Source: Octopus vulgaris (lineage: Eukaryota). Taken from it: a DNA stretch of 64,000 bases. The number at the start of each line of letters is the position of its first letter. The first letter of the stretch is position 1. The notes beneath the pieces were generated by a model. The model had not been told where the DNA came from, ran no database searches, and saw only the letters and a list, made by a program, of their open reading frames with translations. Location of the stretch: positions 89,652,001 to 89,716,000 of the forward strand of contig OX597816.1 in the NCBI GenBank assembly GCA_951406725.2, given 5' to 3'. Shown here piece after piece: positions 28,606-42,423 of this stretch. A program made the translations under genes and the position numbers.

Positions 28606-28923
28606 GATATATATATATATTTAAATAATGAGGGAGATAAATTAATATTAATTTAAAACCAGTAGTCTAGCATACAAAAATCTGAAAAATCAGAGAAAAT
28701 TCTAATACATGTGTATATTGACAGGGAAAACCGCTAGGTAGTCGGCCGCATGCTAGAAATAGATCATCAACGATCAAACTACAAAGAATGTTCTCTAGGG
28801 GAGAATTCACGAACACCAGAAACAAATTAAGTGTGTGTGTGTGTATGTGTGTGTGTCGAACTGTCTGTATGTATGCATATATATAAATATATATCCATAC
28901 ACACACACTCATTCACACACACT

Positions 28924-28993
<70 letters not shown>

Positions 28994-29091
28994 ATAGTAA
29001 TATTAGGGAGTAAATCCAAACTTACAGGGAAAATTAGATTTAGGATTAAATCTGATTTTACAGTATAAATATAAATATTAAATTAGAGACA

Positions 29092-29137
<46 letters not shown>

Positions 29138-29147
29138 AACACACACA

Positions 29148-29243
<96 letters not shown>

Positions 29244-29381
29244 TATGTAACATATTTCTGTGGCGTCTTACAATTGCTGATTCTTGTCGCTGGAGAAACA
29301 AATATCATGTTTGAGAAAGATCTGGTGTTTCGTATGTAAATGAAATACATATTAATCCAAAAGTTTATAATAATTTCTTAC

Positions 29382-29492
29382 CTATATCACAATTTTCTCC
29401 AGAATATCCAGTTTTGCATGTACACGTGTACGAATTGCCTTTACTTTTGCACACTCCACTATTCTTGCATGGTTTCGCGTCACATGGGTCAG
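29382..29492 (-). CDS. Host gene exon: EGF-like domain
   Basis: ctag|(A)DPCDAKPCKNSGVCKSKGNSYTCTCKTGYSGENCDI|gtaaga; 111 nt, phase 1-1. Confidence 0.9.
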   Translation of the reverse strand: MTHVTRNHARIVECAKVKAIRTRVHAKLDILEKIVI

Positions 29493-29647
29493 CTAGAAGT
29501 CAATATTTCAAAATTCAAACAATATTTCCAGTATGATTTCTCGAAGTGAAAATTTCTACAATTCTAATGATTCATTGGAATCCCTGACATGAATGCGTTA
29601 AAATGGATAAATGAATGTCTTACCGACAACAGTTGTGGTAGTAGCAT

Positions 29648-29680
<33 letters not shown>

Positions 29681-29744
29681 GATGAGAGGAGGAGGAGGAG
29701 GAGGAGGGGGCTTATGTCTAGAGTAGAAACGAATATTTATTGAA

Positions 29745-30200
29745 AGCGGTGAGCTGGCAGAGTCTTTCGCACGCTGGGCGAAATGCTTGGCGGTATTTCG
29801 CCCATCGCTACGATCCGGGTTCAAATTCCGCCGAGGTCGCTTTGCCTTTCATTCTTTCGCGGTCGATTAAATAAGTATCAGTTACGCACTAGGGTCAATT
29901 TCATCGACTTAATCTCTTTGTCTTACCTTGTCAGAACCTCTATGTTTAGCCTTCCTGTGGGCAATAAAGAAATAAATATTTATTGCTGGCGGTGAGCTGG
30001 CAGAATTACTAGAACGCTGGACGAAATGCTTGGCGGTATTTCGTCCGTCGCTACGTTCTGAGTACAAATTCCGCCGAGGTCGAATTTGTCTTTTGTTCTT
30101 TCAGGGTCGAGAAATTAAGTACCAATTGCGTCGTGGGGTCGATCTTATCGACTGGCCCCCTCCCCCGAAATTTCAGGCATGTTTATTAATAGAAAGGAAT
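29745..30200 (+). mobile_element. Two adjacent copies of a tRNA-derived SINE with a MetaSINE-like central domain
   Basis: Head gcggtgagctggcaga, B box gttcaaattcc, core gcctttca..ctttc..ggtcgat.aaataagtacca. Other copies at ~30938-31030, 33850-33995, 34090-34230 and 63206-63415. Confidence 0.75.
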
Positions 30201-31769
30201 ATTTATTTGATTTCATGCTCAGAAGGAGAATATCACTGTCTGGCCACAATGAACACACATCACTTCTAAACTGAGTTTAAAGATATTTCTGGATAGAAAT
30301 TATATATTTTATGTGTTTGTACCATCATTCAACCACTAGTGGTTGAATATATTCCTAAGTTCACCATTTCGTCAAATGCAGCAGCTTCCAAGCTTCACCA
30401 CTAATTCAGTTCTCAACTAAATTGCAAACTGTTAATAATTTTCAGGAGGGCACCTCCTCAGCTACACTTAGGCATAAATAGTTTGAGATTTTTGTTTCAG
30501 TAGAAAAAAGTTACATCAAAATATGTGAGGCCTAATGGTGGGCAGTAAGTCAGGTGTTCATTTTCAATTAGCATATTTGTTTTAATTTTAAAATAACAGT
30601 ATACTTTTCTTGGGCGTAAACGATAGAAAATTGCATGAGGAATTCAGAACCGTTAGTCGCATTCAACAAAAATTAGTAGAAACAAAGATGAGGTAAACTG
30701 TCATGAAATGTAAAATAAGTAAGTAAGGGAGATGTATTTAAATTAATCCGTTGTTTGTTATAATTTTTCTTATTCTTCACTTCTCATTCTCTCTCTTTTC
30801 TTACTAAGCTTATTGCTATAGTACGTTCTTAAAATTTCTAAAATGCTATTTTCATTTTGAAATTAATCTTTAATGCTAGAATTACATTTTTAATTCATTT
30901 TAAGAATATATTTCTAAAATGAATGCTTATATTCTACGGTGGCGAGCTATCCGAAACATTAGCAAACCGGTCGAAATGCTCAGCCGTATTTCGTTTTATC
31001 TTTACGTTCTGAGTCGACTTTTCCTTCCGTATATTTTAATTTTAATTAAATATTTAATAAAGTTATTTTTAATATTCTGTTGAATTAGGGTAAGTTTAAC
31101 TTTTAATTTAAATTTTCTCTTTCAGCTTTAATTAACTTCTTTTAAGTTAATTATTTAATCAGGCTAGTTCATTAATGCGTTATATGCTTCAGATATATAG
31201 TCATTTTTGGCTGTGTCTCTATGGGCAGACTTGAAGGCATGTAGTAAGTCTGTCCAGAAAAGACGTTGGTTAAAAGTGCTTATAGTCTGAATTTACTTTT
31301 TAAATTTCAAAATTATTTAAAAGGGATTTTTCATAAATGAAATTTATATTAATGGGATACAGGTAATTTTAACTTGTGTATATCTTATATACTTTTATAA
31401 ATATTGTTGTATTGAATAATTATTGATAGATCTAGATGAGCAGCAATCAGTGCTATTATAACCAACTCAAAATCTAGGATAAGGTGAGTGTGGTAACTGA
31501 TGGTTTTGTGGTCTTGTTGATTGTAACTTTAGGCGAGACATGGTGCAACAAACAAGATGGTAAAATCCTGTCATTACTTTGGTGTGGATGGGTAATACTA
31601 AAATAATTCAATTACCACATATATCTAAATTAAACATGAAAAAAAATTGAAATATTATCATCACTTACATAGAGAAACTGAAATATTATCTTTCAGTAAT
31701 TTATAAGGTAAAATCTTAAATTATTGACACATTAATTATTTTATAATAGCAATGTCTGGAAAAATCATG

Positions 31770-32215
31770 GATTACATTGAAAAATGCGAGCATGAAAAGT
31801 AATATTCTTAAGATTATAACATGGTAAATTACAGGACAAGTTATTACACCTGGACAAGCATAGGACATGCCATTCTTTCTAGTAAAGTAAAGAATAAGAA
31901 ACATTTTACTCAAAATATTGCAGCTAAAATTAAAATTTGAATATTAATATTACAAATAACACTATACTTATTTAAGTAGAATTTGGCTAATTTATTACCT
32001 TAAATACAGAAAAAAGTGACTAATTAGACAAATTACAAATTAGTTGAACAGTTTTGTACAGTAAATTTTAAAGATGAGAACTGTAAAGAGTGATAAATTC
32101 TTTGCTGCAATATTTTAACTTGTCCTATACTTTTCCAGGTGTAATAAGTTGTCCTGTACTTTTGCAGGTTTATAATCTTAAGAATATTACTTTTCATGCT
32201 CTCACTTTTCCATGT
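31770..32215. repeat. Imperfect inverted repeat (MITE/foldback-like)
   Basis: gagcatgaaaagtaatattcttaagattataa...taggaca matches the reverse complement of tgtccta...ttataatcttaagaatattacttttcatgctc. Confidence 0.65.
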
Positions 32216-32372
32216 AGTTATAATTCCCTAACAATAAAACATTTCAGATAGACGATATTTAAGAGTTTTTCATACAACACAATATAACACTGCTATAAAT
32301 CTGCTAAAATACTAATAGCAGAATATTTCAGTTGATCAACAACAATTTAGTGATAAATAATTTCATACATAC

Positions 32373-32939
32373 CCTCACAAGATTTTTTTATTAATTCACT
32401 TTCTATAGATTTTAAGGCATCAAAGTCTTTCACTGTAAACACGTACTTATCTGTTGGTGAATTACCAATTTCTCTCAACTCAGGTTTGTTAATTTTTTCA
32501 CCGATTCCGATAGCAAAAACAATCACGTTCGCGTTTCGTAATTTTGTTGCCGCCGTAATAGTTTCTCTTTGGTTGTTGGATTTGCCATCTGTTAGAATAA
32601 TTGCAATATTCGGGGCATCTTTTCTATCCCCTGCTGCTTGTGTAAATGACTTAGTTCTCAAGTAATTGAGGGCCTTGTACGTTTTAGTATGACCACCTCC
32701 GTAGGGTATACTGTTAATGCTTGTTAGTACTGAGTTTTTGTCATTATAGCTATTCAATGCAAACTGTGGAGTTGTAAACGTCCCGAATTTAATAGCTCCG
32801 ACACGAACATGTTTTGGACCAATTGGAAAGGATCTCACTATGTCGCTTACAAACACCTTCATTTTTTTATAGTTATTTCTTCCAACACTTCCAGATTCAT
32901 CCAACACGAACATAACATCAGCAACGGCATTTTCACAGG
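32373..32939 (-). CDS. Host gene exon: von Willebrand factor A (VWA) domain
   Basis: ttttag|CENAVADVMFVLDESGSVG...GGHTKT...IILTDGKS...FAIGIG...KKSCE|gtatgt. MIDAS DxSxS/T/D intact; 567 nt, phase 1-1. Confidence 0.93.
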
Positions 32940-33207
32940 CTAAAACAGAGACAATTTGAAAAAGAAGGTAAGACGTGTGAGGCTGTTATTTATGAATTTA
33001 AAATTTTCTATTTGATATGTACTGTTTTATATTTTTGTAATACGCCTCTTTACGAATATTATCTACACAATTATTATGACTGGTACTATTTTTGCAATTA
33101 TAATTTTATTACAATTTCAACTGTGTATTTCGTTCTATTTATAATCAGTAGAACATTTAAATAGTAGGATTGTAAGATTTGATGCCAGAGACCCGTAAAG
33201 GTATTTA

Positions 33208-33675
33208 TTGGGTTGTCCGGAAAGTTCGTGCCAATTGTTAAAGGAAAGAAAAAGGTCAATAAATACTTGTCATTACATTTTTAATCAACCAATTATGAAC
33301 CATTTTGATGCACAATGCGTCTCCATCTATCCTTTAACTTGAAAATACCCTCTTCCCAGAATTGAGGTGGTTTCATGGCAAATAATTCATCGAGGTATCT
33401 CTTTACGTCAACCAAGGAATTGAAATTTTTACAATTAAGACTATTCTGCACAGACCTGAATAAGTGCTGAAAATGAACTTTCTTATCTTCCATTTTAAAG
33501 AGTTACATAATGAACACAGCTTATAGGAACATAAACATTCTTCCACGAAAAGATAGCTTAAACTGTGCTCTACATGGAGATGTAGTCAAATCCTATTTTA
33601 TGGACTCAACCATGTTCTAAAATAAGTCGAAAGGTAAGCTACTATAAATCGGTACGAACTTTCCGGACAACCCAA
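33208..33675 (-). mobile_element. Internally deleted mariner (MITE) with TIRs and TA TSD
   Basis: TA|ttgggttgtccggaaagttcgt...acgaactttccggacaacccaa|TA; residual HLFRSVQNSL...WEEGIFKLKDRW. Confidence 0.88.
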
Positions 33676-34053
33676 TATTTCACTGAGTGTCCATTGTCTT
33701 CTACGTCGAAATCTTACTGAGGTATAGCTTGTCTTTCAACCTCCTAGATTCGATGTGATAAAGTACTAGTCATGTATTAAGCAACTATTCCCTTCAACCA
33801 TATTTTAGGCATTGTACCTTCGTTAGAAGCAATTCTTTTATTCGACCGTCTTTTGCATTCCGAGTTCAAATTCCGCTAAAATGACTTTGCCTTTCATCAT
33901 TTCGGGTCGATAAAATAAGTACCAGTTGAGTGCTGGGGTTGATTTAATCGATTTTACCCCTCCTCCAAAACTGCTGGCCTTGTTCCAAAATTTGAAACCA
34001 TTAGTAGTAGTAGTTGTAGTAGCAGCAGCAGCGGCGGCAGGAACAGCAGCAGC

Positions 34054-34084
<31 letters not shown>

Positions 34085-34619
34085 TATCTAAGGCGGTGTG
34101 CTGGACAAAACGCATAGCGATATTTCACCCGTCGCTACGTTCTGAGCTCAAATCCCAGTTTCGTACTGGGGGCGATCTAATCGACTGCCCCACCCACCCA
34201 ATGTCAGGCCTTGTGCCTATGATAGAAAGGTTTGTTATCATTTAATGAAAACTCTCAGTTAATTTTGTTGACTATGATGGAAAGTGTCAATTGACACTTG
34301 CTTGCTAATCATGCATCAAAAATCATGCGGGCAACTCTTACAGATGTATATATAATGGTGATTTTGGTAGGTGCTCTACCATTACATTTATACGAAACTT
34401 TTTAAGACGTGCTGGAAATCGGACACTGATACTTCCAAGCGCGCCAGTCACTATTGGTATCACGACCACTCTTCATTTCAAATAACCTGCATATTTCTCA
34501 CTTCAAATCGTCATAGTTGGTCCCTTTTCTCCTTTTGTTTTTCTTTGGTCTTACTATCTCACCGGGACTTGCTATGTCGATTATTATGCGAGTTTATTTT
34601 TCATTTTTGTCCTCTGTAA

Positions 34620-34790
34620 TCAAGAATTTGACATGAAAAGATTGCAGTCAACAATGAAATATGGCGGTTATCATTTTTTGATAATCTGGGGAGCAATTTG
34701 GAGCAATGGTCGAACAGAGCTGGTGGTGTGTGAGGGAAACAAAAATTTGTGTCTACATTGCAAAAAGGACTACTTCCAATCATCTCTACA
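34620..34790 (+). mobile_element. Tc1 transposase fragment
   Basis: MKYGG..LIIWGAIWSNGRTELVVCEG. Confidence 0.55.
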
Positions 34791-34937
34791 TCGGTCTGAT
34801 GATGTTATCTTTAGATGATTTTATGCCATCTGGGTTTACTGCCCAGTCTCTCATCATAGTTAGTATTGGGCATTTATTTACCCAAAACCGATCTCCAATA
34901 TATTTACTATTGTTGTCATCATCATTTTTATTATTAC

Positions 34938-34985
<48 letters not shown>

Positions 34986-34989
<4 letters not shown>

Positions 34990-36245
34990 TAGTTTTATTT
35001 TTATAGCGTGCTTTCACTTCACTACCGAGCACAGTTCTGTGTGCCTTGGGTATGTGCTGTGATTTGTTGTGATGCTCTGATGGTTATTGTATGGAAAGTG
35101 TTCTGCGTAGGATGTGCGCAGTGCCTAGTAGTGCAATTTTCTGTATGTTATATGTGTTTGTAAGTCCTGGTGTTTTTGTTATGTATTTGTCTGAATATTT
35201 TTTTATCATGCCTAATGCACCTACTATGATAGGAATTGTTTCTGTTTTCAGATTCCACATTCTAGTTACCTCTATTTCCAGGTCTTTGTATTTTGAGAGT
35301 TTCTCCATTTCTTTTAGAGACACGTTGTCATCAGCCGGTATTGATACATCAATTAGAAAGCATTTTTTTCTTCATGATCTCTGACAACTATATCTGGTCT
35401 GTTGGCCTTAATTTCTCTATCTGTGTGTATCGGCATATCCCAGAGTATGGTTGCTTTCTCGTTTTCTGTGACCTTTTCTGGTGTGTGCCTATACCATCTT
35501 TTTTCTGTTGCTATTCCATAATGTTGGCATAGCTTCCAATGTATGTAGGTTCCAACTCTGTCATGTCTGTGAATATATTCCTTCTTAGCCAAGACTGGGC
35601 AGCTAGAGATAATATGATTTATTGCTTCTTGTCCATCTCCACATATTCTGCAGTTACTTGTAATATTTCTTTTCATTACATGTTTTTGGTAATTTCTGGT
35701 GGGGAGGCTTTGGTCTTGTGTTGCAATTAAAAATCCCTCTGTTTCTGCTTTGAGTCCTGAGCTACTCAACCATTGCTGGGATTTTTCTTTGTCTATTTCT
35801 TTTGCGTTTAGTTTAGTCCAGTATTTACCATGAAGGGGCTTTTCTTGCCATCGTTTTATCATGGTTCGTTGCTGTTCTATTTTTAGTTTGGATTTCATTT
35901 GTTTTATAGCTTTTGTTGTTTCTTCATCTTCTTCTTCTTCTTCATGTTTATTAGGTGGTATGATTTCTTGTTTGTATTTGTCAGCTTCCTTAAATACTGA
36001 GAACAGTTTTTTTGTTTTGCTCGTGTTTTGCCGCTATCTGGATCAGTTTTCCTTCCTTCTGAAGTAGATATTTTTGCAGTCCTATGGTGGTTATTTTATA
36101 GTAGTTTTCCAGCTGTATAAGGCCTCTACCACCTTCTATAGGTTGTATATATAGTCTTTCTATGTCAGATTTTGGGTGATGCATCCTAGATCCTGTCATT
36201 ATTTTTCTTGTTTTCCTATCTATTTTGGTCTGTTCATTTCGTGTC
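34986..36245 (-). mobile_element. 5'-truncated R4/Dong LINE (CCHC + restriction-like endonuclease) between (TAA)n tracts
   Basis: CRICGDG.EAINHIISSC, RHD, NRPDIVV, KE.EKLSKYKDL, QKIALLGTAHILR; (TTA)n on both sides. Confidence 0.9.
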
Positions 36246-36253
36246 CATTATTA

Positions 36254-36314
<61 letters not shown>

Positions 36315-36319
36315 CATAT

Positions 36320-38700
36320 GCACTCAACAGATTAGACTGTTGGAAAAGAAAAAATCCAAACATTGGGCTATAACAAGTAACCTTAGATGCCAAGAACCCT
36401 CCTAAGTTTCCTGGACTATACTAAACTGGGTTTTATGCCTATTTCCTCTATCAATCTGTTCAGATCTTCACTGGGTTACATTTTACCCGCACTTTCCATT
36501 ATCTCCACAATTCAATGGCTAGGTCCTGGTACTTTGCTATTTTCCTATACCTCTCATATTGATATTTTCATTGTTTGGGACTGTAAAGTCAATTAACTGG
36601 CACTTTCTATTCTCTTTATCTACTACTACGAAATCAGGCGTTGTAGACTCTATTACTCTGTCAGCCTGAATGTTCAACATCTTGTATCTCTTACCTTTTA
36701 GTACTTTACTAGGTTCATGTTCATATCATTTATTAGTATGTTCAAATCCTAGCATTCTACATAACTCTCCATGGATTACTCTCTCGAGAATGTCATGTGT
36801 TTTGTATTCTTTTTGTGCCAGCATGCTACATTCACTTACGATATGAGTTATTATTATTTTCGTTTGACCCAGGTTCGGTCTTATTCCTGGTGGGATTTAT
36901 GTGGGTAGAATGTTACTACCTATAACATTAGGTATCCACAAGTTTTCAGCAGTCTTCCAAGTGCTTAGAATACTTCTGGTAATCCTTGTTGTTCCTAACA
37001 AACTTTCTATAGGAGCTCTATCGGGCATTCTATTTCATTCTCCTGCAACCATTTGTCTGTATTTTGGCTTACTGTTCCCAACAAACTAATTATCATAGGC
37101 ACGACCTTTATTTTCCGCATGTTCCAAATTCTTCCGATTTCAAATTTTAACGGATTGTATTTTCTTTATTTTCTTTCTCTTTTTTTACGATCCTGGAATC
37201 AAACGGACCTGATGGAGCGATAAGTAAACAGCTTCGTTTTTCTTTATCTATAATTGTCATATCTGGTCTATTATTATCTAACTTCTTGTCAGTTTGAATA
37301 GGAAAGTATTACAAAACTTTGCATTTCTCCGACTCCTGTACTCATTCGACTCGGTGATTGTGCCATGTGATGATTGTACCAACTTCAAAACTCCATTTCT
37401 GGCACAGTTTCCAATATAAAACTTTTACAAACTGGTCGTGTCTCCATTTCTAATATTGTGCCAATTTGGGGCATTCTTCCACGATGTGTCAATTTCAATA
37501 GGCTCTAAATTTTTCTTTCCAACTTCCATAGACTCTACATTTTTCCCACACATTCTCTCCTATATATTTGTTTCTCATGTTGTTTGTTTTTATCGCTTGA
37601 TCTTGGGCTACTACGACTATGCTCTCCGTTTCTTTTTTTAATTGCCCAGTTTTTTTAACCAAGCACAGGATTTTGTTCTATATACGTCTTCAGTGGCGCT
37701 CCAAAAATGGCTATGCAGAGGTTTCTCTTCGATCTGTCTGACGTGCTCTCTTAAGATTTCATTCTTGTCCTTTTCTCCAATCATACGCTTTATCACTTGT
37801 TTCTTATTAACTCCTTTAGTAGTTTTTGTTATTTGTAAATACTCTACTAGACCTTTTCTTTCCATCTGTACACATTCTTCCACTGCAATTAAGCCTCTTC
37901 TACATGATCTCTCTTCAAGTGCAGCCAGTTGATATCAGCTTTCGGGTGGTGAGCTTAATACATCGACAACAACTACTTAGAGTTTCTGTCAAAATTCCTT
38001 ATATTGTTTCTTTATATTGTCAAGTTTCTTTACATTGTTTATATCATTTTATGATATATGAACTTTTCTTAGCCTACTTTGAGGCCTGCATCCTGTCTGT
38101 TCTTCTGGAAGTAGATAGTTACTTTCCAGATGGTTGTATAACTCTTCCTCCAAGACACCGGTCATAAGCTTCTACATTAGTGGTAAACAGGGTATGGGTC
38201 GAAAATTTGATGCCAATTTCCCTTTGAAGGGTGCCTTGAGGCATAGTAGCGTTCGTCCACTTGTCATCCAGGCAAGGACATGATCTTGCTGCAGGTAGTC
38301 ACCCAGTTGCGCAGCGAACCTTTCATGCAACAGTGTAACGCTCTTCAACCAACAGCCTTGTACTCCATCCGGCCTGGTCCTTTCCAATTTGCTATTTTTT
38401 AAAACTTCTGTCTCACTGTATATAGATTAATTCTGACGTCTTTTTGTCTTGGTACAGCTACAAGTTGTCTTTCCAACTTTGTTAGTCATTCCGAGCTTTC
38501 CTTATGTCTCGCCGGAGTGTTTCACAGCCTTCCTCAAAATTCTTTACTTTCTTCCGCATCTGGAAACAGTTCCTAGTGTTGGCCTCCTCTATTTCCTCAA
38601 ATAGGCGCTGTCTATTTGATCGGAACAGTCTATGAACGACGCCGGAACTATAGGGGACTTATCAACCGTTTCTTTTATTTGACATATGTGGCCAAACTTT
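36320..38700 (-). mobile_element. Two older, degenerate R4/Dong-type LINE fragments (~36320-36850 and ~36865-38700)
   Basis: PDGVQGCWLK, SGRTLLCLK, NFRPIPCLPLM, EKPLH, RPD-like endonuclease remnants. Confidence 0.7.
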
Positions 38701-39183
38701 TCAAAAGCGCTACGCCTTTGCCAGCCGGCAACAGGTGAGGAAGGCAGAAAATGTAACTCTCATTTGAATTCAACTCTTCCCACTACGCAATAATGCACAC
38801 GTAGTAGTAACTAACAATAACGGCTACAGCAGTAGCGACAACACTAAGAACAGCAACGTCAACAGCAACAGAGGTGATATGTCATAGAAACCCATACAAT
38901 CTCCAGTGGGAGAGAAGAATTCATTTCCAGCGCAATGCCACTGGAGCAACAAGCAGTAGCAACAGAAATAGACAGTTCCAGTACTAATAATAAGCAATAA
39001 CAGCAGCGACAACAATGAAAGTAGTTACAGCAGTAATAGCGTTAGCGAAAGCGCAGCAAAACACTCAGTCCTTTGCCGGTATTGAAAAAAAGTCTTTGGT
39101 TCAGTTCCATTGGACAAAAATTAACAACACTCGGAAGAAGCAAAACAACACGTCAACAGACTAGAACAGAGCTAAGCCTCCAT

Positions 39184-39268
<85 letters not shown>

Positions 39269-39447
39269 TTTAACCGAAACAAAGCAGAAAAACAAATTTA
39301 CACTGAGGCAGCTACTTCGAAATACTACGCGTTATAATTCACTCAGAAACTCTGGCCATTGTAATCGATTATCTCCTTCCATAGAATTCAAATTGCTACA
39401 TTTATTAACATTATTAGTATTAATATTAGTATCATGTAGCAGCAGTG

Positions 39448-39507
<60 letters not shown>

Positions 39508-39643
39508 CATTGAATTTTAAATTAGCAATTTCTAATTTATCGATGAGAGGCACAAAGTAAACTCAGATACATATATAGTGATAAACAAACGATAAGTAAT
39601 TTGACAGATAAACAGACGAATGGGCATGGAAAACGCTACTTAC

Positions 39644-39670
39644 TTTTAAGTGGTGGTGGCATCGTTGGTG
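39644..39670 (-). CDS. Candidate 27-nt microexon of the host gene (linker APTMPPPLK)
   Basis: ttttattttccacttaag|CACCAACGATGCCACCACCACTTAAAA|gtaagt; phase 1-1; joins the EGF (49120) and VWA (32939) exons in frame. Confidence 0.65.
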
Positions 39671-39899
39671 CTTAAGTGGAAAATAAAAGTAAAAGTAAAT
39701 TAGTCCAAACTATTTCTTATAGCAGAAACAGACCAAAAAAAAAAAGAAATTTTCTTTGGACAATTTAATGCAATTCATGTAGATTTACTGCAATTTAAAA
39801 TTATAAAGTACAAGACTTGCTACCCAGCATTGCCCGGTAAATAGTGCACTGACTTCTTTGAAACTTTAGTTGAGTGGGAATCATAATGCATATAGATAT

Positions 39900-41588
39900 T
39901 TTTTTCTAGTTTCAGCTCAGAGCTGCGACCATGCTGATGCACCGCCGTTTTGTGCTACACTGTTATTACGACGAACCTCGTCTAATATGTGGCACTTGGT
40001 GAAGAATGGATTTTAATACAGCTACTCTCATTTGCACCTCTTGCCGTGAGGTAGGTTCATCTGGGACTCTTGACAGGAAGATGTCCAGCTTTGATTTAAA
40101 AACCGCTACATCTACTTTGTGCAAGTTCCTCAGACTCTTTGGGAGAAAATTAAAAAGTTGTGGTCCCTTGAAACCCAGGCTGTTGCAGAAGCTGGTCCTG
40201 AAGCGTGATGGCATTGCTGGGATCTTTGGCACTATGCAGTGTCGTCCCGTTCTAGCATTGGTGTTGCTTACAATGCCAAAATTTGGTACAATTCCTTCCA
40301 GGATCTTCCAGACATATATTACTGCATACCTCTCCCGTCTTCTCTCCAGGGAGTAGAGTCTTAGCTGTTTCAACCTTTCCCAGTAGCTGAGCTGTTGCAA
40401 AGAGACGATCTTCTTTGGGAATCTTCTCTGGATTGCTTCAAGGTCCGCTGTTAATTTTACACTGGTGGGTGACCATAGCTGTGAGCAGTAATCCAGGCGA
40501 CTGAGGACGAATGTCCGCCAGAGGACCATCATGGTTTCCTTATCTCTGGTTCTGAATGTTCTTAGGATCCACCCAGCCAGTCGTCTGCAATTTGTCGCCA
40601 TCCTGGTAATGTGCACTTGGATAGAGGTATCATCACTCATGTCGATACCCAGGTCCCTCACAGACTTAGGCTCTGAGATTGAAATTCCCTGTGGACCGGT
40701 GTATCCTGTAAGTTTAATATTCAGTTTTGGATGCTGGTAGCGCAGGGCCTGGAATTTTTCAGCATTAAACTGCATATTATTATCCTCAGCCCATCTGTAG
40801 ATTGAGTCCAACTCCTGCTGCAGGTGTGCAACATCGCTGGGGTTCTGTATTTTCTGCGAGACTTTCGTATCGTCTGCATAGCTGGCCAGAGTGGCTATCC
40901 GGGCATTTGAGGGCATATCTGAGAGGGCCACTATAAAAAGCAGTGGTCCTAAGACAGTGCCCTGTGGAACACCGCTCACTATATGTGTGTTCATAGAGGT
41001 GGCTCCATTAACCACTACTACCTGACACCTAACTTTCAGGAAGTCATGAAACTACACTCCAAGTTTTCCAGCTATGCCGAGGTCACGCAGTTTGTGGCAT
41101 ATCATACCATGATCCACCTTGTCAAAAGCTTTTGCAAAATCAAGGTAGATTACGTCCACATTTGATTTGTTGAGTAACTGCCTCAACACCCAGTCATAAT
41201 GCTGTAAGAGCTGAGTCAGGCAGCTCCTACCTGGTCGAAAACCATGCTGGGTATCACTCAGCAAGTTATTTTCCTCAAGGAATGCGATTAGTTTCTTTCT
41301 GACTATCCGTTCCATGACTTTGCTGATGTGTGAAGTCAGAGAGATAGGCCTATAGTTTTTGGCATCTGCTTTACTTCCCCCTTTATGTATTGGGCATATT
41401 ATTCCCTCCTTCAGCTTGCTTGGCAGTTTGCCATTCGCAAGAAAGCTCTGGAAGGGAATATTGAGGGGTTTTGCCAGGGCATGCTTACACGCTTTGAGGA
41501 GGATGACTGGGAAACCGTCTGGACCAGCAGCTGAGTTTGTGTCCACTTCATCTATGGCTAGTAGAACATCTTTTTCGCTAATCTCAAT

Positions 41589-41594
<6 letters not shown>
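39900..41594 (-). mobile_element. 5'-truncated CR1-group LINE (RT), same family as 25870-28605
   Basis: YLDFAKAFDKVDH, GVPQGTVLGP, YADD, SLERRRERY; 3' tail cggtg..cagcatgg.cgcagc..tgaaa shared with the other copy. Confidence 0.9.
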
Positions 41595-41630
<36 letters not shown>

Positions 41631-42385
41631 TATACATGCATATATATATACATACATATATACATATATATACATACATATATATATACATACATTTCCC
41701 CTTCCCTCTGCTCCCTCACTCCCCCTCTCCCTCTTTCCTCCCCCCTCCTCCCCTTCCTTCTCCCCATCCTCTCCTCTTCCCCCTCCTCCCCCTCTCCTCC
41801 CCCCCCTCTTCTCCCCCTCTTCTCCTCACTACACCACACGACTTCACACATCACATCATATATGATGTGCCATACTAATACATACACCAACTAAAACATA
41901 CTAATACGTACTAATACATACTAATACATACTAATACATACACCAACCCTATACATACACACGTCCAGACCCCTCATACGCACTTATACTCTCTCATACA
42001 CACACACACACACACACACTTATACATACTAATACGTACTAATACATACTAACACATACTAATACATACACCAACCCCATACATACGCACGTCCACACCA
42101 ATCCTACGCACTAATACTCTCTCATACACACACACACACACACACACACACCCTTATACATACTAATACATACACCAACCCTATACATACACACGTCCAG
42201 ACCCCTCCTACGCACTATTAGCTGATCCTTCAACCATATTATCAACCCTATTATCTCCCCTTATTTCGCTCTCGCGTCTCATGTTTGATGTTTGACCTCT
42301 GGCCGAAATCAGATCGCCATGTTGATTCGTTAGCTACTGCACGCATTTTTTTCTCTCCTTCTTTCTGTTTTTTTCTCTCTGTGTA

Positions 42386-42423
42386 TCTTTCTGTTGAAGA
42401 GCGTAGGCTCGAAACGTTAAAGA
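42386..42423 (+). ncRNA. HHR-like motif in 5' pLTR (non-canonical core)
   Basis: tcttt-CTGTTGA-a-GAGC-gtag-GCTC-GAAA-CGT-TA-aaga; the 3' pLTR copy at 46863-46900 has CTGTCGA. Confidence 0.45.
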
